Made by a program: the position numbers and the translations under genes. The notes under the pieces were generated by a model, which was not told the DNA's origin, did no database searches, and was given only the letters and a program-made list of their open reading frames with translations. This document shows, one piece after another, positions 1 to 10,614 of a DNA stretch of 64,000 nucleotides. Numbering within the stretch: position 1 is the stretch's first letter; every line of letters starts with the position of its first letter. Source of the DNA: an uncultured Spirochaetota bacterium (lineage in GTDB: Bacteria; Spirochaetota; Spirochaetia; SZUA-6; CAVTHK01); the NCBI GenBank assembly GCA_963734495.1, contig CAVTHK010000007.1, forward strand, positions 320,001-384,000, in the 5' to 3' direction.

Positions 1-2
1 TG

Positions 3-707
3 AGATCCCAGATCCGGGGCCTGCGTCAGGCGGAAAAGAACGCCGAGAACGGGATTTCCTTTATCCAGGTGACGGAGGGGTTCCTCCAGGAGACCCAGGA
101 CGTGCTGCAGCGCATCCGCGAGCTGGCCGTCCAGTCGTCCAACGGCATCTATACGCCCGAGGACCGGATGCAGATCCAGGTCGAGGTCTCCCAGCTCATC
201 GACGAGATCGACCGCGTGGCTTCGCACGGCCAGTTCAACGGCATGACGCTGCTCACGGGACGCTTCGCGCGGGAAGAGGGCCAGAACGTCATCACGGCTT
301 CGATGTACTTCCACATCGGCGCCAACATGGACCAGAGGGAGCGCGTGTTCATCGGCACGATGACTTCCGACGCCCTCGGAGTGCGCGACATCGCCAGCCG
401 GCAGATCATCACCCTCTCGACGCCGGACGGCTCCAACCGCTCCATCGGCATCGTCGACGAGGCCCTCAAGCGCGTCAACAAGCAGCGCGCGGACCTCGGG
501 GCCTACCAGAACCGCCTCGAGATGGCCGCGCAGGGCATCGCGATCGGCGCCGAGAACCTCCAGGCGGCCGAGTCCGGCATCCGGGACGCCAACATGGCCG
601 AGCAGATGGTGAACTTCACCAAGAACACGATTCTCGTGCAGTCGGCGACGGCCATGCTGGCGCATGCGAACGTGAAGACCCAGTCCGTGTTGCAACTGCT
701 CGGGTGA
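3..707 (+). CDS. flaB: Flagellin (FlaB-type core protein), 5' truncated by window edge
   Basis: Open frame from position 3: [26 protein letters not shown]...[10 protein letters not shown]...[13 protein letters not shown]...QSVLQLLG. Confidence 0.95.
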   Translation, partial: RSQIRGLRQAEKNAENGISFIQVTEGFLQETQDVLQRIRELAVQSSNGIYTPEDRMQIQVEVSQLIDEIDRVASHGQFNGMTLLTGRFAREEGQNVITASMYFHIGANMDQRERVFIGTMTSDALGVRDIASRQIITLSTPDGSNRSIGIVDEALKRVNKQRADLGAYQNRLEMAAQGIAIGAENLQAAESGIRDANMAEQMVNFTKNTILVQSATAMLAHANVKTQSVLQLLG

Positions 708-889
708 GGTAGTAGACTTCAGGTTGCGGTGACGGCTCTTTGACATAAGGCCCTCCTCGGGTGCCACGGGCAAAGGGGTGCTCCGACCGTCGCGGCCGGA
801 GTCATCTCTGTGCCTGCAAGGGGTGGAGAGCGGGAACGGTCGGGGTCCGAAGGCGCGACGAGGGGCCCCGTCCTCCCCTGATGGCGCAG

Positions 890-930
890 CGGGGCATAAG
901 GATGTGCCCCGAGAGACTTTCTCAAGGAGG
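890..930 (+). promoter_or_regulatory. CsrA binding sites in flagellin leader
   Basis: CGGGGCA-TAAGGATG-TGCCCCG hairpin with GGA in loop; second GGA in SD AAGGAGG at 924-930. Confidence 0.75.
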
Positions 931-935
931 GCCTG

Positions 936-1775
936 ATGATTATCAATCACAACTTGAGCTCCATGTACGCGAACCGGGTGCTCAAGTACCGTGAGGTGGG
1001 CCTGAACAAGGACATCGAGAAGCTGTCGAGCGGCATGCGGATCAACCGCGCCGGCGACGACGCCTCGGGCCTGGCGGTCTCCGAGAAGCTGCGGTCGCAG
1101 ATCCGGGGCCTCAACCAGGCGGAGCGGAACATCGGCAACGCGGTGTCCTTTATCCAGACCACCGAGGGCTACCTGCAGGAGAGCCAGGACATCCTTCACA
1201 GGGTCCGGGAGCTCGCGGTGCAGTCGGCCAACGGTATCTACACGCAGGAAGACCGGATGCAGATCCAGGTTGAGGTCTCGCAGCTGGTCGACGAAGTGAA
1301 CCGGATCGCCTCCCACGCGCAGTTCAATGGGATGAACCTGCTGACGGGCCTGTTCGCAAGAGCGGGCACGCTCGGCGGGGTGCAGTTCCAGGTGGGAGCC
1401 AACATGGACCAGAACGAGAAGGCGTTCATCGGAACGATGACCGCCCGTGCCCTCGGGCTCGAGGCTCCCGAGCCGATCGCGATCACGAGCCCCGATTCCG
1501 CGAACCGGGCCATAGGGACGGTCGACAAGGCGCTGCAGGTCGTATCGAAGCAGCGCGCGGACCTGGGTGCGTACCAGAACCGCTTCGAGATGGCTGCTCA
1601 GGGTGTTGCCGTGGCTGCGGAGAACCTGCAGGCCGCGGAGTCCCAGATCAGGGACACGGACATGGCCTCTCAGATGGTCGAGTTCGTGAAAGACAGCATC
1701 CTGATGCAGTCCGGAACGGCGATGCTGGCGCACTCCAACGTCAAGACGCAGTCCGTTCTGCAGTTGCTGGGGTAG
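936..1775 (+). CDS. flaB: Flagellin (FlaB-type core protein)
   Basis: MIINHNLSS...[24 protein letters not shown]; typical spirochaete FlaB N-terminus; SD AAGGAGG. Confidence 0.97.
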   Translation: MIINHNLSSMYANRVLKYREVGLNKDIEKLSSGMRINRAGDDASGLAVSEKLRSQIRGLNQAERNIGNAVSFIQTTEGYLQESQDILHRVRELAVQSANGIYTQEDRMQIQVEVSQLVDEVNRIASHAQFNGMNLLTGLFARAGTLGGVQFQVGANMDQNEKAFIGTMTARALGLEAPEPIAITSPDSANRAIGTVDKALQVVSKQRADLGAYQNRFEMAAQGVAVAAENLQAAESQIRDTDMASQMVEFVKDSILMQSGTAMLAHSNVKTQSVLQLLG

Positions 1776-1943
1776 AGCGGATCCGCAGTTCGGAATCCGT
1801 TCCCGGTAAAGAGGTCCCTGGACGTCACCTCTTTACGAAGCTCCCGAGCATAGGGGGGACAGCCCCCTGAGCGGAGGGGGCTGTGCGCCGAAGGCGAGAG
1901 GGAGGTCGCGCCCTTCCTCTTGTCACTTCCCTGGAGGAAAGCG

Positions 1944-2288
1944 ATGAGCATGCAGATACCCGCAAATCTCAGCCGCGGAGCTCCGGACCCGCGGATGTTC
2001 GAGGGCAGGCCGCCGAAGGCCGCGGTCGTGGAGAGGCCGCAGCGGGCCGAAAGCCGGCGGCAGTCCGAGCTCGACCTGAAGGCGGCCATGGAGGGCCTGG
2101 AGAAGCAGATCACCCGGTTCAACCGCCGGTTCGAGTTCAGGCTGGACCAGCAGATCAACCGGGTCGTCGTCAAGGTCATCGACAGGGACACCGATAAACT
2201 CATCAAGGAGATCCCGCCCGAGGAGATCCAGCATCTGATCGCCCGGCTGCGCGAGACGATGGGTCTCCTCGTCGACGAGAAGATCTAG
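1944..2288 (+). CDS. flaG: Flagellar protein FlaG
   Basis: VVVKVIDRDTDKLIKEIPPEE...GLLVDEKI motif; between flagellin and fliD; SD GGAGG. Confidence 0.9.
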   Translation: MSMQIPANLSRGAPDPRMFEGRPPKAAVVERPQRAESRRQSELDLKAAMEGLEKQITRFNRRFEFRLDQQINRVVVKVIDRDTDKLIKEIPPEEIQHLIARLRETMGLLVDEKI

Positions 2289-2332
2289 TCCCGGGCGGCG
2301 GCCGCTGCGTCCTCTCCCGAACGGCACACGAC

Positions 2333-4354
2333 ATGTCGGATTTGTCCATACCAGGCGTCAAGAGCGGCATCGACACCAAGGCCATGGTGGACGCCGTCAT
2401 GGAGCCGGACCGTGCGCGCCTCAAGAGGCAGGAGCAGGACCTCCAGAAGATCCGGGATCAGAAGACGATCTGGCAGGACGTGCGCCAGCGCATGTCCCAG
2501 GTGGAGACGAGCGCGCGGGGTCTCTACAGCTTCCAGAACCCCTTCCGCGAGAAGACCGCGGCCTCCAGCGACGCGGCAGTCCTCACCGCGACGGCCACCC
2601 GCGACGCGGGCATCGAGAGCCACACGGTCCGCGTCGTCCAGACGGCGACGGCGGACCGATTCCAGTCCGACCCGCTCGATCGCGACTTCCGCGCGCCGGC
2701 GGGGACGTACCGTTTCCGCGTCGGCGAAGAGGAAGCGAAGGTAAGCTTTCGGGGAGGCAGCCTCGGGGAGTTGGTGGACGCCATCAACCGCGGGGCCGGC
2801 CGCCTTGTCGAGGCGCGGGTCGTGCGGGTGACCGACACTTCGCAGGTCCTCGTGATCGAGGCGAAGAAGACCGGCTCGGCGAACCCGCTTTCGCTGCTGG
2901 ACGCGGCAGCGGAGCTCGGCGTGAGGATCGGGGTGCTCACCCCTTCCGGCCGGCAGATCTCGACCCCTCCCCTCGCGCCCGAGAGCCTCGCCGCGCCGGT
3001 GAGCCCGGACAAGGTGTCGTTCAGCAACGGAACGCTCGACCTCAAGCCTGGCGGCGAGGCGACCCTGCCCTTCCCGGGCGGCCGGTCACTCGCCCCCGAG
3101 ATCCAGCTCGAGGTGCGCCTGCGCGTGATTGACCTGGCCGAGGAGGCCTTCAGGTCGCCCGCGCCTCCGCCGGGGCCGCAGGTGGCGAGCTCGGGCCGCG
3201 GCGAGTTCCAGGGCGCCACGGTCCCGAACGAGCCCTCCGAGCCGCTCGCGCCGCCGTGGAAGCCGCCGGAGCCGCCGCGCAGAGTCGATGACCTGCGGGT
3301 GATCAGCGCGCAGTCGGGCGGCCGCTCGATCGAGCTGCCGCCGCTCGAGGCGCGAGAGGGCGAGCAGACGTACCGCGTCGGCCTCGGCGCGCTGACGAAC
3401 AGCCTCGACGCGCTCGCGTTCAGCAACCGCAACACGAACCGCGAGATCCTCATCGAAGAGGTCCGTCTCGTGGACCCCACCGCGCGCGGTGAGTACAAGC
3501 CCAAGAACGCAGTCACGCAGGCGCGCGACGCCGTCGTCGAGATGGACGGCATCAGGATCACGCGCGGCGCCAACCAGATCGACGACCTCCTGCCGGGAGT
3601 GAGCCTGACGCTGCGGAGCGCCAGCGAGAAGCCGGTGACTCTCGACGTCAAGACCAACACCGAGGCGGTCAAGAACGCGGTCATCCAGTTCGTCGGCTAT
3701 TACAACCAGCTCCTCGGCCGCATCGACGTGCTCACGCGCAGCGACGACCAGGTGGTGGCCGACCTGTCCTACCTCAGCGACGAGGAGAAGAAGAAGGCGC
3801 GGGAGGAGCTCGGCGCGCTGCAGGGCGATCTGGCGCTCAACCAGATCAAGAACCGCCTGCGCGAGACGGTGGCTGCCCCCTACCCCACGAGCGCGGGCCG
3901 GGAGCTCACGCTCCTCGTCCAGATCGGCGTGGGGACCGACACCGGACGCCCGGGCGGCTCCGCCGGCGTCGACAAGTCGCGTCTCCGCGGCTACCTCGAG
4001 ATCGACGAGGCGAAGCTGGAAAAGGCCATCGACAGCAGGATCGACGCGGTTCGCGAGCTCTTCGGCAACGACACCGACGGCGACTTCGCCGTGAACACAG
4101 GCGTGGCCTTCGCGGTGGCCGAGAACATCAGGCCTTACACCCAGCCCGGCGGCGTCGTCGGGAACCGGATCGCGGCGGTCGACGACACCGCCGGCCGCCG
4201 CGAGCGCGACATCGCGACGCTCACGAGGCAGCTCGCGGACAAGGAGGCCCGCCTCAAGAGGGAGTACGCCACAATGGAAGGGGCGCTGGGCACGCTCAAC
4301 CGCAGCTCGCGCGCCCTGGAGAACTTCAACAACAACCAGGGCGGTCAGCGATAG
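2333..4354 (+). CDS. fliD: Flagellar filament cap protein FliD
   Basis: SGIDTKAMVDAVM N-terminus, QARDAVVEMDGI..IDDLLPGVSLTL, coiled-coil C-terminus; long central insert. Confidence 0.93.
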   Translation: MSDLSIPGVKSGIDTKAMVDAVMEPDRARLKRQEQDLQKIRDQKTIWQDVRQRMSQVETSARGLYSFQNPFREKTAASSDAAVLTATATRDAGIESHTVRVVQTATADRFQSDPLDRDFRAPAGTYRFRVGEEEAKVSFRGGSLGELVDAINRGAGRLVEARVVRVTDTSQVLVIEAKKTGSANPLSLLDAAAELGVRIGVLTPSGRQISTPPLAPESLAAPVSPDKVSFSNGTLDLKPGGEATLPFPGGRSLAPEIQLEVRLRVIDLAEEAFRSPAPPPGPQVASSGRGEFQGATVPNEPSEPLAPPWKPPEPPRRVDDLRVISAQSGGRSIELPPLEAREGEQTYRVGLGALTNSLDALAFSNRNTNREILIEEVRLVDPTARGEYKPKNAVTQARDAVVEMDGIRITRGANQIDDLLPGVSLTLRSASEKPVTLDVKTNTEAVKNAVIQFVGYYNQLLGRIDVLTRSDDQVVADLSYLSDEEKKKAREELGALQGDLALNQIKNRLRETVAAPYPTSAGRELTLLVQIGVGTDTGRPGGSAGVDKSRLRGYLEIDEAKLEKAIDSRIDAVRELFGNDTDGDFAVNTGVAFAVAENIRPYTQPGGVVGNRIAAVDDTAGRRERDIATLTRQLADKEARLKREYATMEGALGTLNRSSRALENFNNNQGGQR

Positions 4355-4362
4355 GAGCGGCG

Positions 4363-5271
4363 GTGCAAGTCGTCATCAACGGCGATCCGATCGACTACAC
4401 GCTCGAAGGCGAGCGGCTGCTCGGCGAGGTCGTCGGCGCCATCGAGAAATGGCTCAACAGCGCCGGGGCGGTGGTCACTTCCGTGCGCCTCGGTGAGCGC
4501 GAGCTCGCCTCCGCGCCCGAACCGGAATGGGCGCAAATGCCCGTCGAAGGCATCGCCCGGCTGGACATCACCGCCCGCTCGCTGGCGGAGCTCGAGCGCG
4601 AGCAGGTCGCGGTCGTCGGTTCGTACCTGGAGCAGCTGGAAGGCGGCATCGCCGGCACGCGCCCGCTGGCGGCGGAAGCGGTCGCCGACGTCGCGGCTCT
4701 CGCCGCGACCGCCCGCGGGAGGCTCGGCCTGTCCGGGGATTCCGAGCGGGCGCTCGGCGATCTGGAGCAGCTCCTGAGGGGGGCCACGCCCGAGTCGGTC
4801 CGGGCCTGGCCGGAGGGCATCCGCGCGCGGGCCCTGGGCGCGGTCGCGCTCCTCAGCGCGACGGTCCGCGCCCGATCCATCGAGATCGCGCACCCGGAGG
4901 AAGCGCTGCACGCGGCCGCCTCGGAGCTGGCCGGGAGCTCGCGCGACCTCGCCGAGGTCTCGCTTCTGCTGCAGACGGGCCAGGACGCGAAGGCGATGGC
5001 GCACATCGGTCGATTCACCGAGCTGCTGCAGTCCCTCCTGCGGATGGTGGGCCGCCTGGGCGGGGAAGCGCGCCGGGAGGCGCCGGGCGGCCCAACCGGC
5101 GCCGGGCTGAAAGAGGCCTTCGAGGATTTGAACGGAGTCCTGGCCCAGTCAGTCGAGGCCCTCGCCTCGCGCGACACCGTCCTTCTGGGCGACCTGCTCG
5201 AATACGAGGTGGCACCCCGCCTGGCGACCCTCTCAGGGCTCCTCGCGAAGACCGAGGCAAAGCCGCTATGA
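4363..5271 (+). CDS. Hypothetical helical protein downstream of fliD
   Basis: 302-aa ORF with SD GGAG; C-terminal DTVLLGDLLEYEVAPRL motif. Confidence 0.75.
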   Translation: MQVVINGDPIDYTLEGERLLGEVVGAIEKWLNSAGAVVTSVRLGERELASAPEPEWAQMPVEGIARLDITARSLAELEREQVAVVGSYLEQLEGGIAGTRPLAAEAVADVAALAATARGRLGLSGDSERALGDLEQLLRGATPESVRAWPEGIRARALGAVALLSATVRARSIEIAHPEEALHAAASELAGSSRDLAEVSLLLQTGQDAKAMAHIGRFTELLQSLLRMVGRLGGEARREAPGGPTGAGLKEAFEDLNGVLAQSVEALASRDTVLLGDLLEYEVAPRLATLSGLLAKTEAKPL

Positions 5272-6413
5272 TCTTGAGCCCGGCCACCATGCTCCTGCAG
5301 ACCACGTTCATCAAGCAGCAGGACACGAGCGCGGTCATCGTGGTGGTCGCGATCATCCTGGGCCTGGCCCTCGCCCTGATCATTGCCGGCGCCCTGGCGG
5401 GGAGCGGCCGGCAGCGCGCCTCGCGGCGCTCCGCACGCTACAGCCGCAACGCGTTCCGCCGCACGGCGGCGGCGCACGGGCTCTCGCGGATGCACATCGA
5501 GGCGCTCGAGGACCTGGTTGCCGCGACGCGCATCGGGCAGCCCATGCTGCTCTTCACGAGCCAGAGCCTCCTCGACGAGACGCTGCGAAAGGGGATCTAC
5601 TCGATCACCGCCAACCAGGAGCTCGCCGAGGAAGAGCGCCAGGCCAGGCTCGCCCGTCTGCTTCAGATCAAGCAGCTCGTCGAGAAGAACTCCCGGCGCG
5701 AGAGCGGCGCGGCATCGACGGCCACGCTGCGGCCGGGGCAGGACCTGGGGGTGACGTTCCCCGACGGGAGCGGCATCCAGACCAGGGTGACGCACAACCT
5801 CCGCAGGATGCTGGCCTGCGAGATCCCCGAAGGCTTCGACCGCAACAAGTGGCGGAAGGGCACGCCGGTGCGGGCGATGCTCTGGCGCCACGGGGACTCG
5901 GGCTACGCGTTCCAGACCAAGATCCTGGCCTTCGACAACATCGGCGGGCGGCCCGTGTTCCTCCTGCAGCACACGAAGACCATGCGGCGGAGCCAGCGCC
6001 GCGCCAACAGGCGCAGGGACATCGGCCGCAACTGCTTCTTCTACCCGGTGACGATCCTCGAGACGGGCCACGGGCGGCTTGCGCGCCGCGAGGCCGTGGT
6101 CCAGCAGAGCTTCCGCCACCTCGGCGTGCTGCAGGACGTCTCGGCCGGCGGCTGCGCGATCGTCACCCAGGGGCCCCTCGCGCGCGGCAAGCTCCTGCGC
6201 GTGGACTTCGAGCTCGGCGCCCACCACCGCATCGTCGCGTACGGGAAGGTCCAGCGCGTCGGCGGCGGCGGCGACGGCCGCCGCAACACGATGCACATCA
6301 TGTTCACGCGCGTGTCGAGCCGCCACATGAACGAGATCCTGGCGTACGTCTACGATTTCGACGCGGCGACGATGGGCCAGCGGAGCGTCGGCGGACAACC
6401 GAGGTCCCGTTGA
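5268..6413 (+). CDS. Membrane-anchored PilZ-domain (c-di-GMP binding, YcgR-like) protein
   Basis: ATGA overlap with upstream gene; N-terminal TM helix; QRRANRR (RxxxR) and DVSAGG (DxSxxG) motifs. Confidence 0.85.
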   Translation: MILSPATMLLQTTFIKQQDTSAVIVVVAIILGLALALIIAGALAGSGRQRASRRSARYSRNAFRRTAAAHGLSRMHIEALEDLVAATRIGQPMLLFTSQSLLDETLRKGIYSITANQELAEEERQARLARLLQIKQLVEKNSRRESGAASTATLRPGQDLGVTFPDGSGIQTRVTHNLRRMLACEIPEGFDRNKWRKGTPVRAMLWRHGDSGYAFQTKILAFDNIGGRPVFLLQHTKTMRRSQRRANRRRDIGRNCFFYPVTILETGHGRLARREAVVQQSFRHLGVLQDVSAGGCAIVTQGPLARGKLLRVDFELGAHHRIVAYGKVQRVGGGGDGRRNTMHIMFTRVSSRHMNEILAYVYDFDAATMGQRSVGGQPRSR

Positions 6414-6438
6414 CCCGCGCGGGGGCGCACGATAGACT
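6410..6438 (+). promoter_or_regulatory. sigma70-type promoter for tsaE
   Basis: TTGACC-17-TAGACT, 12 nt before ATG. Confidence 0.55.
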
Positions 6439-6450
6439 CCCCGCTCGTAC

Positions 6451-6870
6451 ATGACGCGCCTTGAGAGCACCTCCGCCGAGCAGACGGTCGAGATCGGAAG
6501 ACGCCTCGGCCGCGTGCTGCGCGCGGGAGCCGTCGTCTCGCTGGAGGGACCGCTCGGCGCCGGCAAAACGACGCTCGTCAAGGGGATCGCCCGCGCTCTC
6601 GGCGTCGAGGAGCCCGTGACGAGCCCGAGCTTCACCCTGATCTCGTCCTACCATGGGGCGACCGACCTTCACCATGTCGATCTCTACAGGCTGGAGGCTC
6701 TCGCGGAGATCGAAGACCTGGGGCTCGAGGAGCTGATGGCCGGCGGGGGCGTCACCGTCATCGAGTGGGGCGAGAAGGCGGAGGCCCTGCTCCCCGCCGG
6801 CGCGATCCGCGTGCGCGTGGCGATCGACGGCGGCGCGCGCGCGGTGAGCATCGAGGGGGCGGCGCCGTGA
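6451..6870 (+). CDS. tsaE: tRNA t6A biosynthesis ATPase TsaE
   Basis: LEGPLGAGKTT, VTSPSFTL, HVDLYRL, IEWGE. Confidence 0.95.
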   Translation: MTRLESTSAEQTVEIGRRLGRVLRAGAVVSLEGPLGAGKTTLVKGIARALGVEEPVTSPSFTLISSYHGATDLHHVDLYRLEALAEIEDLGLEELMAGGGVTVIEWGEKAEALLPAGAIRVRVAIDGGARAVSIEGAAP

Positions 6871-7514
6871 ACGTCCTCGCGCTGGACACCGCGACCGAGG
6901 CGGCGGCGATGGGCTTGCGCGCCGGCGACCGCCTGTACGCGCGGGTTGCGCGCGAAGGGCTGCGCCACGCCCAGACGCTCGTGCCGCAGATCGAGCAGCT
7001 GCTCGCGCAGGCGTCGCTCGCGGCCGCGGCCCTGGACCTCGTCGTCGTGGGGGTCGGCCCGGGATCGTTCACGGGGCTGCGGATCGCGCTCGCGACAGCG
7101 AGGGGAGTGGCGCGGGGCGCCTCGTGCGCCCTGGTCGGGGTGGCCACCCTGGACGTCCTGGCCCGGCCGCTGCGGGCGTGGCCGGGCCTCGTCGTCCCGG
7201 TCATCGACGCGAAGAAGGACCGCGTCTACGCCGCGGCGTACCGCGGCGGCGAACGCGTGTCGGAGTTCCTCGACGTGGCGGCGGCCGATCTCGAGGCCGC
7301 GGTCGGCGGGGGGCCGGCGCTCCTCACCGGCCCGTTCGCGGCCGAAGCGGCGCGGCGCGCCGGCCTCGCGGCCTGGACGCTCGACCTTTCGCACGGGTTT
7401 CCCGACCCCGTCGCGCTGCTCGAGCTCGGCGAGGCCGCGGGCGCTCGCGGCGAAGGCGCGGACCCCGCGCCGGTCTACCTGAGGAAGAGCGAGGCGGAGT
7501 ACAAAATCAGATGA
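6867..7514 (+). CDS. tsaB: tRNA t6A biosynthesis protein TsaB
   Basis: VLALDTAT, GVGPGSFTGLRI, IDAKK, PVYLRKSEAE; GTGA overlap. Confidence 0.95.
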   Translation: MNVLALDTATEAAAMGLRAGDRLYARVAREGLRHAQTLVPQIEQLLAQASLAAAALDLVVVGVGPGSFTGLRIALATARGVARGASCALVGVATLDVLARPLRAWPGLVVPVIDAKKDRVYAAAYRGGERVSEFLDVAAADLEAAVGGGPALLTGPFAAEAARRAGLAAWTLDLSHGFPDPVALLELGEAAGARGEGADPAPVYLRKSEAEYKIR

Positions 7515-8620
7515 GCAACGGGAACGGCGGCGAGCCGGTCGGCGACCTCGAGCCGGCCGAGGACAGGCACGAGGGGGCTCCGGAGGCCGCACAGCCGGTC
7601 GAGGCGGCGGCGGCCGATCAGTACCGGGCGCTGCTGGAGCACCCGTCCGCGTCGACGTGGACTCGCTGCTACTGGGACAGCGCCGTGCCCGTCGTGCTCC
7701 TGAGCACCGGGCTCCGCATCATGTGGACCAACCGGTCGTTCCAGGTCGTCTTCGGCGACATGGGGGCCTACTACGGGCAAAGCGTCGGCCGTTTCTTCGA
7801 AGGCTCGTTCGACGACGCGCGGCGCGGCGAGCTGCTCTCCTCGGTGGCTTCGGCGGAGCGCTCCTACAGCTGGAGAGGGCTCGTGAGCCGCAAGAACAGG
7901 AGCGCCCTGAGCATCGTCGCGCACCTGCTGATCCTCCCCCTGTATCATTCGCCCCGGGACACGGGCGTGCCCATGGCCTACGTGATGCTCGTCGACGACA
8001 TCAGCGAGTACCACAAGCAGATGCTCCGCGACACGTTCAAGAGCCTGCTCGAGGCCTCCATGCTCAAGGACCAGGACACCGGGCACCACATCCAGCGGGT
8101 GAACGCCTACACGCGCGCGCTCTGCGGCCGGCTTCTCGGCCACCCCCTGTACCCGCAGATCGACCGGCAGTACATGGAGGACATCGCGTTTCTCGCGGCG
8201 ATGCACGACGTCGGCAAGATCGGCATCTCCGACAACATCCTCAACAAGACCGGTCCGCTCGACGATTGGGAGTGGGCGCTGATGAAGGAGCACACGATCA
8301 ACGGCGCGTTCCTTCTGTCGACCTACCCGAACCGCATGGCGCGCGACATCGCGCTCTTCCACCACGAGTGGTGGGACGGGTCGGGCTATCCGTACGGCCT
8401 CGGCTCGGACATGATCCCGCTCGCGGCGCGCCTGGTCGCCATCGCGGACGTCTACGACGCGCTTCGGATGCGGCGCAGCTACAAAGAAGCCCTCGACCAC
8501 GAGCACACCACGGCCATCATCGCCCAGAACGCGGGCAGCCACTTCGACCCGGCGCTCGTCACCCACTTCGATGCGGTCAACCGCGAGTTCCGCGAGATCT
8601 TCGTGAGCCTGAGAGACTGA
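7511..8620 (+). CDS. PAS-like + HD-GYP cyclic dinucleotide phosphodiesterase
   Basis: KDQDTGHH, HDVGKIG, HHEWWDGSGYP, ADVYDAL motifs; ATGA overlap with tsaB. Confidence 0.9.
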   Translation: MSNGNGGEPVGDLEPAEDRHEGAPEAAQPVEAAAADQYRALLEHPSASTWTRCYWDSAVPVVLLSTGLRIMWTNRSFQVVFGDMGAYYGQSVGRFFEGSFDDARRGELLSSVASAERSYSWRGLVSRKNRSALSIVAHLLILPLYHSPRDTGVPMAYVMLVDDISEYHKQMLRDTFKSLLEASMLKDQDTGHHIQRVNAYTRALCGRLLGHPLYPQIDRQYMEDIAFLAAMHDVGKIGISDNILNKTGPLDDWEWALMKEHTINGAFLLSTYPNRMARDIALFHHEWWDGSGYPYGLGSDMIPLAARLVAIADVYDALRMRRSYKEALDHEHTTAIIAQNAGSHFDPALVTHFDAVNREFREIFVSLRD

Positions 8621-8641
8621 CAGGTCGAAGGCGGCCGCCGC

Positions 8642-8896
8642 CTACTTGTCGGCTGCCGGGGGCTTGCCGCCCTTGCGCAGGTACTCGTCCAGGGGCGGAA
8701 GGTCTCTCGGCGGGGCGCTGGCCGCGGCGACGTTCTCCTGCTGGATCGCGCGGTAGACTTCCTGCCGGTAGACCTTGACGTTCGAGGGCGCCTTGATCCC
8801 GATCTTGACCTGCTCCCCGCGGATGTCCACGATCGAGACCTCGATCTGGTCGCCGATCATGATGGATTCGTTGACCTTGCGCGCCAGGATCAGCAT
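8642..8896 (-). CDS. csrA: Carbon storage regulator CsrA
   Basis: [16 protein letters not shown]...[13 protein letters not shown]. Confidence 0.96.
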   Translation of the reverse strand: MLILARKVNESIMIGDQIEVSIVDIRGEQVKIGIKAPSNVKVYRQEVYRAIQQENVAAASAPPRDLPPLDEYLRKGGKPPAADK

Positions 8897-8901
8897 CGCC
8901 G

Positions 8902-9342
8902 TCAGCGCTCCACCGCCGACAGCTCCTTGATGATCGGGTGGCGGACCTTCCATCGAGGATCGAGGCTGATGCTCTGGCGGCCCACGCGGGTCGCCCTGTT
9001 GATCACGATCGGCCCCTGCAGGTTCGCCGTCATCTCGGCCGGGTCCTCCGGAATCGTGACGATGGCAAAGTCGAGCGCGTCCGCCGCCGACTGGATCCCG
9101 ATCTCCGCGAGCTCGCCCGGGTCCACTGCCAGCGCGTAGTCGGGGCGGAAGACGCGCGGGTCGATCAGCGGAAACGCGACCTCGGGCCGCTCGGTCGACT
9201 GCAGCCAGTAGAATGGCGGCTGGGCGGCGTCCAGCAGCACATAACTCCTGAGCGGTTCGAACCCGAGGATCCCGTAGGGGAAGAAGATCTTCTGCCGTTC
9301 GTCGACGTCGACCGCGCCGAACGGCTTGGTATTGACGGTCAT
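8902..9342 (-). CDS. fliW: Flagellar assembly factor FliW
   Basis: [24 protein letters not shown]; adjacent to csrA. Confidence 0.95.
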   Translation of the reverse strand: MTVNTKPFGAVDVDERQKIFFPYGILGFEPLRSYVLLDAAQPPFYWLQSTERPEVAFPLIDPRVFRPDYALAVDPGELAEIGIQSAADALDFAIVTIPEDPAEMTANLQGPIVINRATRVGRQSISLDPRWKVRHPIIKELSAVER

Positions 9343-9344
9343 GG

Positions 9345-10613
9345 CTACCTCAGGAAGTCCATCAGCGTCGGCCGCAGGATGCGCGCGGCGGTGCCGAGAG
9401 CCGCCTGGTGCGTGTAGTCGAGCATCTTGAGGTCCGTGATCGCGCGTGACAGGTCCAGGTCGGTCTCCTGGGAGAGCAGCCCGGTGACCTCCGGGATCTC
9501 GTACTGGAGCCTCCCCGAGATCATCCCCAACCGCTCATCCCTGGCCCCGAGGTCCGCCAGCGTCGCGGTCAGGCTCTCGATCGCCTGGTGGATGCCCTGC
9601 AGCGCCGAGCCGCCCACCTCGGCGGAGTCTCCCGCGAACAGGCGGTCGCGCAGGTGGATCACCATGTCGAAGACCGAGCCGCCGAAGGCACGCGCGGACG
9701 GCGCGAGGTTCGTGCCGGGGGCGCCGGGAGCACCGGGGGCGCCCGGCGTCCCGCCCCGCAGCAGCCCCAGGTCCTGCAGCACGGTGCCGCCGCCGAGGTC
9801 CTCGAGCCAGATCTGGTGCGGCCGCGTGCTCGCGATGACGAGCGAGTTCTGCACGGGGTCGAGCGATGCCCGCACGGGTGCCGCGGAGTCATTGATCTTG
9901 GCGATGATGGCGGCGGCGTTGTCGCCCACCGCGAGCTTGATCTCGACGCCGTCTATCCGGATGGAGGAGTCCTGCTGCACCCGGTACGTCGTGGCGTCCA
10001 CGGCCGCGTAGACCTGCTGGTTCTCCGCCCAGAACGCGACGTTGCCGGGCAGCGCGGCCTGCATAAAGGCGCCCTGGTCCACCTCGGCGGTGTTGACCCC
10101 GACGTTCCCGGTGTAGTCGACGGCCACGATCCTCTCCACGCCGCTGCCGGCCACGGGCCCGAGCCTGGTGCGGAACGCGTCCATGTTCACCTGGGTTCCG
10201 GCGAAGATGGTGTTGCCTTCCTCGGAGCGGGCGTTGCCGAGCTGGACCAGCTCCTTGAGGAGCTGGTCGACCTCCTCGCCCATCGAGGCGAGCTGCTCCC
10301 GGCTGTAGATCCCGTTGGCGCCCTGCACGGCGAGCTCGTTCGCGCGCTGCAGGATGTCGATCGCCTCGCGCGTGTAGCCCTCCGTGACCGCCAGGTTGCC
10401 CCGCACGATCTCGATGTTGCGGTCGAAGCGGCTCATGCGCCGCACGCCCGAGTCGAAGCGGACCGCGCGGCCGGCGCCGAGAGGATCGTCGCGCAGGCTC
10501 TTGATCCGCTGCTGGGACGCCATCTTTTCCTGCAGCTCGTTCATGTGGAACTCGCGCAGCCGCAGATGATACTGCATGTCGTCGCTGGGCATGGCCGAGC
10601 TGATGCGCCTCAT
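9345..10613 (-). CDS. flgL: Hook-associated protein 3 FlgL
   Basis: [30 protein letters not shown]-terminus; follows flgK. Confidence 0.93.
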   Translation of the reverse strand: MRRISSAMPSDDMQYHLRLREFHMNELQEKMASQQRIKSLRDDPLGAGRAVRFDSGVRRMSRFDRNIEIVRGNLAVTEGYTREAIDILQRANELAVQGANGIYSREQLASMGEEVDQLLKELVQLGNARSEEGNTIFAGTQVNMDAFRTRLGPVAGSGVERIVAVDYTGNVGVNTAEVDQGAFMQAALPGNVAFWAENQQVYAAVDATTYRVQQDSSIRIDGVEIKLAVGDNAAAIIAKINDSAAPVRASLDPVQNSLVIASTRPHQIWLEDLGGGTVLQDLGLLRGGTPGAPGAPGAPGTNLAPSARAFGGSVFDMVIHLRDRLFAGDSAEVGGSALQGIHQAIESLTATLADLGARDERLGMISGRLQYEIPEVTGLLSQETDLDLSRAITDLKMLDYTHQAALGTAARILRPTLMDFLR

Positions 10614-10614
10614 G

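Noticed and set aside
760-860. Possible c-di-GMP-I riboswitch (GGGCAAA) before flaB
   Set aside because: The GNRA-capped stem and GCAAAG junction are not recognisable; an Rfam scan would settle it.
9710-9755. [10 protein letters not shown] repeat in flgL
   Set aside because: Short in-frame low-complexity linker.
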